From NCBI GenBank assembly GCA_049472315.1, contig JBLIRN010000073.1:1-13535 (forward strand): 13,535 nucleotides of DNA. Direction: 5' to 3'. The translations under genes were made by a program, and so were the position numbers. Source of the stretch: a bacterium (GTDB taxonomy: Bacteria > SZUA-182 > DTGQ01 > JAFGSM01). The notes beneath the pieces are model-generated. The model searched no databases and was not told where the DNA came from. It saw only the letters and a program-made list of their open reading frames with translations. Shown in pieces: positions 1 through 6,602 of the stretch; the stretch's first letter is position 1, and every line of letters starts with the position of its first letter.

Positions 1-67
1 GGAGGGCAGGAACGCCTTTCTGGAGAAGCGGAAACCGGATTTCTCCCGGTTCCCCAAACAGCCTTGA
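1..67 (+). CDS. menB: 1,4-dihydroxy-2-naphthoyl-CoA synthase, C-terminal fragment (5' end outside the window)
   Basis: The frame from position 2 reads EGRNAFLEKRKPDFSRFPKQP* (TGA 65-67). This is the typical MenB/crotonase C-terminus (EGxxAFxEKRxPDF), and it lies directly upstream of menA. Confidence 0.9.
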   Translation, partial: EGRNAFLEKRKPDFSRFPKQP

Positions 68-83
68 GCAAAAGGGGCAGAAC

Positions 84-1001
84 ATGGAAACAGTCATGCA
101 GACCGTTGAACCGAACCCCAGACCTACGCGGCTTGCGCTCTGGGTGATGGCGAGCAGGCCGAAGACCCTGTGGGCGGCCTTATCTCCGGTGATCATCGGC
201 ACGGCCCTGGCATTCGCCGACGGCGCTCTCCACCTGCCGTCCGCGCTTGCCGCCGCATTCGGGGCGATCATGATCCAGATCGGCACCAACCTGTCGAACG
301 ACTACTTCGACTACCTCAAGGGTGCGGACCAGGCGGATCGCCTGGGTCCGAAGCGGGTGACCCAGGCGGGTCTGATCAAACCCAAGGCGGTGAAAAGGGG
401 GTTCATGCTGGTGTATGGGCTTGCGTTTGCAGCCGGGCTTTACCTCACCTGGCGGGGCGGATGGCCGATCCTGGTGCTCTGCATCCTCTCCATTGCCTCG
501 GGCATCCTGTACACCGCAGGGCCCTTCCCCCTCGGATACCACGGCCTGGGGGATCTCTTCGTCCTGATCTTCTTCGGGCTGGTGGCGGTGGGGGGGACCT
601 ACTATGTCCAGGCATTGAGGATCACCCGGCAGGTCATGATCGCCGGTATCGCCCCGGGGCTCATGTCCACCGCCATCCTTACCGTCAACAACCTGCGGGA
701 CATCGACACCGACCGGAAGGCGGGAAAGAGGACACTGGCGGTGCGCTTCGGCAAGAGATTTGCCCGGATGGAGTACCTCATGAGCATCCTGGGGGCCTGC
801 CTGGTGCCGGCGCTGCTGGTGCTCTGCTGCCCGGGCCATGCGTACGCCCTGGCTGCAACCGCGGTATTCCTGCTGGCAATCCCTTCCATCACCCGGGTCT
901 TCAGGGAGGAACCGGGGCCCGTCTTCAATGTGATCCTGGCACATACCGGAAGGCTCCTGTTCATCTACAGCATCCTGTTTTCCATCGGCTGGGTCCTATG
1001 A
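84..1001 (+). CDS. menA: 1,4-dihydroxy-2-naphthoate polyprenyltransferase (UbiA family)
   Basis: Motifs RPKTL, QIGTNLSNDYFDYLKGAD, YTAGPFPLGYHGLGD and NNLRDIDTDRKAGKRTLAVRFG; several TM segments; men gene context. An alternative ATG lies at 96. Confidence 0.96.
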   Translation: METVMQTVEPNPRPTRLALWVMASRPKTLWAALSPVIIGTALAFADGALHLPSALAAAFGAIMIQIGTNLSNDYFDYLKGADQADRLGPKRVTQAGLIKPKAVKRGFMLVYGLAFAAGLYLTWRGGWPILVLCILSIASGILYTAGPFPLGYHGLGDLFVLIFFGLVAVGGTYYVQALRITRQVMIAGIAPGLMSTAILTVNNLRDIDTDRKAGKRTLAVRFGKRFARMEYLMSILGACLVPALLVLCCPGHAYALAATAVFLLAIPSITRVFREEPGPVFNVILAHTGRLLFIYSILFSIGWVL

Positions 1002-2107
1002 GAATCATCAGCGTCGAAACCTACCGCTACGACCTTCCCCTGGTACGCCCCCTTTCCCTGAAGAGAGGGATGATGGAGATACGGTCCGGCATGGTGATTC
1101 GCCTCCGGGATGAAAGGGGGTACGAGGGGCTCGGGGAGGTCGCCCCGTTTCCCGGGCTGCACCGGGAAAACCTGAAGCAGGTGAAGCGCCAGCTTTCGGA
1201 CTGCATGCCGTGCCTTTTGGATACCACCATCCCGGAGGGGATTGCGGGATTGAACGGGGGATTCGAGGCGTGGCTGGGGGACCTCGGCCTTTTTCCCTGC
1301 GTGCGATTCGGGGTGGAACTCGCCGTGTTGAATCTTCTTGGGGATGAGGAAAAACTCCCGTTGCATGCACTCCTTTCCCCTGTGTCACACAGGGAGGTCC
1401 TCATCAACGGGCTCATTGCCGATTCAGGCAATGACATAGAGGCGCAAGCGAAGGCAATGGCGGCGGAGGGGTACCGGTGCATCAAGCTCAAGGTGGGACA
1501 CCTGCCGGTTGACTCCGCCGTCACTGCGGTACAAAGGGTGCGTGCGGCAGTTCCCGCCCAGGTGTCCCTTCGCGTGGACGCCAACAGGGCATGGACGCTT
1601 CCCCATGCCGTCTCCTTCGGAAGTGGTATCGCCGGGTGCGGCATCGACTATGTCGAGGAGCCTCTGAGGGACCCCGGGGACCTGGAGACGTTCCATGAAA
1701 AAACCGGTATCCCGATCGCCCTGGACGAGACCCTTGCAGGCATGCCTCCCAATGATGCCGTCCTGTTCAAGGGCGTAGGGGCCTGGGTGCTCAAGCCGAG
1801 TGTTCTGGGGGGATTCGAGAACGCGGCGCAATTCTGCCGTCTGGCAATGAAGAACGGGGTTGTTCCGGTGGTGAGCTGCGCCTTTCAATCGGGGATCGCC
1901 CTCTCCGGGCTCGCCCAGTTTGCCGCGGCGTTCACCCCTCCGGATGCGGCAATGGGGCTTGATACCTATCGGTGGCTTGCCGAGGACCTCCTGGTGACAC
2001 CCTTCCGGGCACGAAGGGGGGCGGTGGATGTGGCGGCAATCGCCGAAACGGGCCGGGCGATCAGGCATGACCTGCTGCAAGAGATCGAGGGAGTCTACAG
2101 TCTGTAG
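998..2107 (+). CDS. menC: o-succinylbenzoate synthase (enolase superfamily), 369 aa
   Basis: The true start is the ATG at 998, which overlaps the menA stop as ATGA. Motifs GLGEVAPFPG, KLKVG (KxK), DANRAW, EEP, ALDE, KPSVLGG and GLDT. Confidence 0.93.
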   Translation: MRIISVETYRYDLPLVRPLSLKRGMMEIRSGMVIRLRDERGYEGLGEVAPFPGLHRENLKQVKRQLSDCMPCLLDTTIPEGIAGLNGGFEAWLGDLGLFPCVRFGVELAVLNLLGDEEKLPLHALLSPVSHREVLINGLIADSGNDIEAQAKAMAAEGYRCIKLKVGHLPVDSAVTAVQRVRAAVPAQVSLRVDANRAWTLPHAVSFGSGIAGCGIDYVEEPLRDPGDLETFHEKTGIPIALDETLAGMPPNDAVLFKGVGAWVLKPSVLGGFENAAQFCRLAMKNGVVPVVSCAFQSGIALSGLAQFAAAFTPPDAAMGLDTYRWLAEDLLVTPFRARRGAVDVAAIAETGRAIRHDLLQEIEGVYSL

Positions 2108-2216
2108 TGCTCATCCGCACATACCTCGACGAACACCATACCTTCGCAGGCATATAACGAAACAGTTGCAGACCGGCGTATGCCTCGAACAGCGGTTGCG
2201 GAAGGGGGGTAATGAG

Positions 2217-3674
2217 ATGAGGGAAGTGCCCGGCCGGTTTTTCCTGTGGGAGGGGAGGGATGCGCTGGAAGGCGCACCTGCCCTGGCGGGACCGGACTGC
2301 CTCCTCACCTATGGGGAGGTATGCAGGCGGATGCTTGGTATTGCGGACGCCCTCCGAACCGCAGGTATCGGGCGAGGTGACCGTATTGCCGTGCTCGGGC
2401 CGAACAGTGTGGAGTGCGTACTCTTGTTGATCGCCCTGTGGAGGCTCGGGGCGGTGGCCGTTCCGGTCAGCACCCGGTGGCCTCCCGGGCTCGTTGATAT
2501 GGCTCTCGAAGGGATAGGATGCCGCACCCTCGTCCTGAGCAGGGATCACGCAGGGGAGTACGGCAAGGCATATAGGGTGTTCCTTCTCGATGAGGTGGTA
2601 GCCCCCTGCCGCTTGGATCAGGGCACACCCGAGGCCTTGTCTCATCCTGTTGACTGCGATCAGGATGCAACCATCATCTATACCTCGGGAAGCTCCGGCA
2701 CGCCCAAGGCGGTGCTCCATACGCTGGGCAACCATTGCCACAGCGCCCTGGGCTCCAATGCACTTATCCCCTTCGCACCGGGGGACCGATGGCTCCTCTC
2801 CCTTCCCCTCTATCATATCGCCGGGATTGCCATTCTGTTTCGCGCCGCATTGGGGGGAGGTGCGGTGGCCGTACCCGGTACTACAGCCCCCATCGATGAA
2901 TGCATTAGGCAGGAAGGGGTTACCCACTGTTCACTTGTCTCCACCCAGCTCTATCGATTGCTTCAGAAAAGGGAGACGAGGGAGGCCCTGAGCCGCATGA
3001 AGGCGATTCTCCTGGGCGGGGGGGCCTTCCCCGACCGGCTCATCGAGAAGGCTCTTGAATACGGGCTTCCCATCCACCTGAGCTACGGCTCCACAGAGAT
3101 GGCGTCCCAGATCACCACGGCCGGGTGCGGAGGTCATGGATCCGCGCTGCAGTGCTCGGGAGCGCCGCTGCCCTTCAGAGAGGTGAAAATCGCACCCGAC
3201 GGGGAGATACTGGTACGGGGCCAGACGCTCTTTAAGGGGTATGTCCAGGGTGCGGCAGTGACACGGGGTTGTGACCGCGAGGGCTGGTTTCACACGGGGG
3301 ATACCGGTCTCCTGGACGAGAAGGGGGATCTGACTGTCACCGGCAGGAGGGACCGCATGTTCATTTCAGGCGGTGAGAATATCCAGCCCGAGGAGATCGA
3401 ACGGCATCTATGCCGGTTGCCAGGGGTGCTGCAGGCAGTGGTGGTGCCGGTACGGGATGAGGAATTCGGTGAGCGGCCGGTGGCATTCGTGGAGATGGGG
3501 GAGGGGGCATCCTTTGAACCCAGAGTACTGGCCCGGCGTCTGGAGCCGCATCTTCCGCGTTTCAAGATCCCCGATCAGTTCCTTCCATGGCCGGATGCAG
3601 TAAGCCTTTGCGGGGAAAAACCAAACCGTATGCTTCTGCGGAAACTGGCTGAGGAATCCCTATCCCCGGGATGA
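2217..3674 (+). CDS. menE: o-succinylbenzoate--CoA ligase (AMP-binding family), 485 aa
   Basis: Motifs YTSGSSGTPKAV, SLPLYHIAG, SYGSTEMASQ, WFHTGDTG and GRRDRMFISGGENIQPEEIE. ATG 2217 follows a G-rich SD (GAAGGGGGGT, 2201-2210). Confidence 0.93.
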   Translation: MREVPGRFFLWEGRDALEGAPALAGPDCLLTYGEVCRRMLGIADALRTAGIGRGDRIAVLGPNSVECVLLLIALWRLGAVAVPVSTRWPPGLVDMALEGIGCRTLVLSRDHAGEYGKAYRVFLLDEVVAPCRLDQGTPEALSHPVDCDQDATIIYTSGSSGTPKAVLHTLGNHCHSALGSNALIPFAPGDRWLLSLPLYHIAGIAILFRAALGGGAVAVPGTTAPIDECIRQEGVTHCSLVSTQLYRLLQKRETREALSRMKAILLGGGAFPDRLIEKALEYGLPIHLSYGSTEMASQITTAGCGGHGSALQCSGAPLPFREVKIAPDGEILVRGQTLFKGYVQGAAVTRGCDREGWFHTGDTGLLDEKGDLTVTGRRDRMFISGGENIQPEEIERHLCRLPGVLQAVVVPVRDEEFGERPVAFVEMGEGASFEPRVLARRLEPHLPRFKIPDQFLPWPDAVSLCGEKPNRMLLRKLAEESLSPG

Positions 3675-3679
3675 CACCC

Positions 3680-4111
3680 TCAGTGGCCTTCCCCGGCGCA
3701 GGAATCCTCGGCGGCATACTTCTCCAAGACATCCCGCAGTGCCCGTGGAAGGGGAATTGCCGCGCGGGTTGTCCTGCTTACCGCAACGTGTATGGTCTTC
3801 GCAGTACCCAGTGCCTTTCCGTTTTCACTCGCAAACCCGTATGAGATGGTAACGGAACTGGTGCCCAGTTTTTCCACCTGGACCTGGACCGTGATCCTGT
3901 CGCCTACCCGGAGAGGGGCTGCGAAATCCGCCTCCGCATGTACCACAGGCAGGATGTAATCCTCATTGTGCAGGATGGCCCCCACCCCGAGTCCCATCTG
4001 TTCGGAGAACTCCTGGAATGCGTCGTAGGCAATCATGAACAGATGTCCGAAGAACAATATGCCTGCTGCATCGGTGTGATAGAGCTTAATGGTTGTGTGA
4101 TAGTAAAACAT
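3680..4111 (-). CDS. Hotdog-fold acyl-CoA thioesterase (4HBT/YbgC type), probable DHNA-CoA hydrolase
   Basis: N-terminal HTDAAGILFF motif and LPVVHAEADFAAPLRVGD strand. SD GAGGAG upstream on the minus strand. Convergent with menE, with stops 5 nt apart. Confidence 0.85.
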   Translation of the reverse strand: MFYYHTTIKLYHTDAAGILFFGHLFMIAYDAFQEFSEQMGLGVGAILHNEDYILPVVHAEADFAAPLRVGDRITVQVQVEKLGTSSVTISYGFASENGKALGTAKTIHVAVSRTTRAAIPLPRALRDVLEKYAAEDSCAGEGH

Positions 4112-4265
4112 GGCTCCTCATATGCCCGTATTCGAATGCTCCATTATATCCATATCCAGCCGATTATCAATATGGAGTTTTCCATGCATATCTTGTATTG
4201 CGATGCCATTATTATATACAATGCCGGAAACGTTCATATGGTCAATAACACGAAGAGGAGCAGCC

Positions 4266-4628
4266 ATGGACTACGAAGGCCTCATCCATGAAATGATCCT
4301 GGAGCACATGAGAAAGCAGCTTTCCAAGGATTATCGGGAGATACGGATCAACCCGCGCGATGAAAAGAAGGTCGAGTACAAGGGGCACTACCCTGACATG
4401 ATCCTCGGAAACCACGGAATGGTCCTTTCCATCCTGGAGGTCGAAACCGAAGGGAGTGTTTCGGAGAAGGCGGTCCAGCGATGGAGGGAGCTTTCCGGGC
4501 TGGGCGTGAAGCTCGTAATCATGGTCCCCAAGGAGGCCAAGGTGAAGGCCACCGATCTCATCTGGAACAAGGGATTGATGGGAAAGGTTTCCCTGGGAAT
4601 GTACGAGATCGTGATAAGGATGCCCTGA
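4266..4628 (+). CDS. Hypothetical 120-aa protein, possible PD-(D/E)XK-like fold
   Basis: SD GAGGAG 5 nt before ATG 4266 (not the 4110 start in the ORF track). Codon usage looks gene-like. Motif YPDMIL...LSILEVET. Confidence 0.75.
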   Translation: MDYEGLIHEMILEHMRKQLSKDYREIRINPRDEKKVEYKGHYPDMILGNHGMVLSILEVETEGSVSEKAVQRWRELSGLGVKLVIMVPKEAKVKATDLIWNKGLMGKVSLGMYEIVIRMP

Positions 4629-4680
4629 TCGCAGCCCCGGTAGGAATGCCGATCTGCGTAGGAAGGGCACGTCTGACCGG

Positions 4681-4733
4681 TAACAAAAATGCCTCCCTAA
4701 CCCCCTTGGCTCAGGCAAGGGGGTTAGGGAGGC
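4681..4733 (-). terminator. Intrinsic terminator of the Gly/Tyr-rich gene (may also act on the convergent plus-strand gene)
   Basis: Perfect 18-bp stem GCCTCCCTAACCCCCTTG (4691-4708) / CAAGGGGGTTAGGGAGGC (4716-4733) with a 7-nt loop, followed on the minus strand by ATTTTTGTTA. Confidence 0.85.
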
Positions 4734-4776
4734 TCCTGCCCTCGTGTGTCGTATCTATACTACAAATAATTTCTTA

Positions 4777-5373
4777 CTAATAAATGCCGTAATAACCACC
4801 TAGGCCATAGCCGCCTAAACCATAGCCGCCAAGACCGAGTCCGTATAAGCCGCCATAACCATAACCGGGTACGACTGTGGTGCCCTCTGATATGGAGGTG
4901 CTTACCTCACCGCCAGGAACATAGGTGGTATAGGTTTGCTCAATCCCATAATCCTTGGCCGCCACGTATCCTCCTCCATATCCGTAAAGTCCGCCGTATC
5001 CGAGTCCTCCGCCGTACAGCCCAAGTCCTGAGCCATACAGCCCGTAGCCTCCGCCGTACAGCCCAAGTCCTGAGCCATACAGTCCGTAGCCTCCGCCGTA
5101 CAGCCCAAGTCCTGAGCCATACAGTCCGTAGCCTCCCAGTCCATAGCCGAGAACATTCCCTACCCGAGTAGAATAGGGGGAATACCCCCCCAGCCACGAT
5201 GCAGTGGTGGCAGGATAATAACTGTAATAGCTGCTCCCATGCATGCCACCGCCCATACCGCCCATACCGCTCATGCCGCTGTGGCCGCCGGCCTGAACAA
5301 AAACGGGAATGGCGACCATCATCAGGATGGTCACGACAATGATTGATGTCTTTATCTTCGCTAACCTAAGCAT
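4777..5373 (-). CDS. Secreted Gly/Tyr/Leu-rich low-complexity protein, 198 aa
   Basis: Sec-type signal peptide MLRLAKIK-hydrophobic-VQA. G-rich SD (GGGGGGT). GYGLYGSGLGLYGG repeats. Double stop TAG TAA and its own terminator. Confidence 0.85.
   Translation of the reverse strand: MLRLAKIKTSIIVVTILMMVAIPVFVQAGGHSGMSGMGGMGGGMHGSSYYSYYPATTASWLGGYSPYSTRVGNVLGYGLGGYGLYGSGLGLYGGGYGLYGSGLGLYGGGYGLYGSGLGLYGGGLGYGGLYGYGGGYVAAKDYGIEQTYTTYVPGGEVSTSISEGTTVVPGYGYGGLYGLGLGGYGLGGYGLGGYYGIY
5006..5136. repeat. Coding tandem repeat, 3 x 42 bp plus 5 nt
   Basis: Unit CCTCCGCCGTACAGCCCAAGTCCTGAGCCATACAGYCCGTAG at 5006, 5048 and 5090, with only one variable position (synonymous). Confidence 0.95.
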
Positions 5374-5822
5374 TCTTAACCCCCCAATCCGAATGGAAAA
5401 TTATTGATGTGTAAATGATTCGGATCCACTATATTGTTGCACGTATCACCCCCTTGTGACACGTCCCTTTCCTGTGCGGAAGTGAACGCGGTGCGTGATC
5501 AAGAGGTCCATTGTCGGTAAAAGAAAAGGATATCGGGGAACTAAAGGACTCGGAGAGCAGGAATTGATTGGCAATAGGGTAAATTCGCATGATAACCATT
5601 TTCTCTCGAAAGCAAAGAATCAGAGAACGAAATCCCTTTTGAATACCAAAAGTTAGACGCAGCAACATAACGATTCATTACTCTTGATGAACTAACAACA
5701 GCAATCAGCGCCGCATGGATAAGGAGGGACGGAAAGGCTCCCCGTGCACAGCTCCCCCCGATGCTAATAGACCTCATGGAAAGGTAATGGGATTTGTAAA
5801 AGAACGATTAACGATTTTAAAT

Positions 5823-5838
5823 AGCATATCATATGCCA
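5823..5838 (-). promoter_or_regulatory. Putative sigma54 (-24/-12) promoter facing the Gly/Tyr-rich gene
   Basis: The minus strand reads TGGCATATGATATGCT: GG-N10-GC, close to the consensus TGGCAC-N5-TTGCW. Confidence 0.6.
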
Positions 5839-6113
5839 TGATATAAGATCTTCAATTATCGGCGCATAGCCCCGGTTATACCGTTTTTTGTAATTATATG
5901 CAGATCATGCATACACATGATATTGCGCAACAGGGCATCATTTTGATTGGAAGACATGGAAATGCCACCATGCGTGCCGATATTTCCCGGATGTATTTTC
6001 CTGCGGGATACGGCATTATCGCGGCCGATTGCACGATATAGGGAAGATTGAATGTCAAATCATGCATATGTCTTATCACGTAAGGATCACGAGTCATGCA
6101 GCAGAAATTTATA

Positions 6114-6149
6114 TTGACTTTTTGACGGGAATGGATTATATTTTACTAT
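6114..6149 (+). promoter_or_regulatory. Putative sigma70 promoter(s) facing the HYR-domain gene
   Basis: TTGACT (6114-6119)-17 nt-TATATT (6137-6142), overlapped by TTGACG (6122-6127)-16 nt-TACTAT (6144-6149). Confidence 0.65.
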
Positions 6150-6602
6150 GATACATTTATTCCATATTCAATAGCCCCCCGTCGAGGTTGTTTATACATC
6201 ATGAAACCACAGCACCCGCGTTAGTTTAGGTGGAGATTCGTTTCAACATTATCTCATGTAGTGTGGAATTCCCCCATTCATTACACTGGTTCTATTACAC
6301 AACAGAGAGTTTACATGAAATGAATCAGATGTCATTTAGGCCCCATTTCATTACATCATACGCAATACCTTAGGATTCGCCGGCTCGCTTCCGGGGATCC
6401 CTGTGCTCTCGTGCCCGTCTGTCTTGGCACGACGAAGGGGATGAAACGTAATTTCTTTCCGGAGCAAGGTTGTTCATATACACGGGTATGATCAATGAGA
6501 GAATGCATGGAAGAAAGGGGTGTTTTATGGATCAAGGGGTGCAGTAGCACGTTTGTGGATGTAAACTTACATGATTCCATAACCTTTAATTCGGGGGGGA
6601 GT

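Noticed and set aside
170..997. 276-aa N-terminal extension of MenC in the 645-aa ORF (apparent overlapping gene or fusion)
   Set aside because: It is an off-frame read-through of GC-rich menA with R/P/G-rich nonsense composition. The ATGA overlap at 998-1001 marks the real start.
2028..2216. Extended MenE start at 2028
   Set aside because: It overlaps menC and does not resemble the family. The SD supports ATG 2217.
5006..5136. 42-bp repeats as a CRISPR array
   Set aside because: The units are head-to-tail with no spacers, are a multiple of 3 and in frame within a CDS, and no cas genes are present.
4777..5373. Gly/Tyr protein as a RiPP or bacteriocin precursor
   Set aside because: It has an ordinary Sec-type signal peptide, and no modifying enzyme, peptidase, transporter or immunity gene is in the window.
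5700..5765. GGGACGGAAAGG resembling the c-di-GMP-I riboswitch core GGGACGCAAAGC
   Set aside because: The upstream GGCAAACC...GAAA hairpin is absent. It is antisense to the Gly/Tyr leader and upstream of the plus-strand promoter. An Rfam scan would settle it.
6425..6440. TGGCACG as a sigma54 -24 box for the HYR gene
   Set aside because: There is no GC at the -12 position (TGGCACGACGAAGGGG). The sequence is better explained as a hairpin arm.
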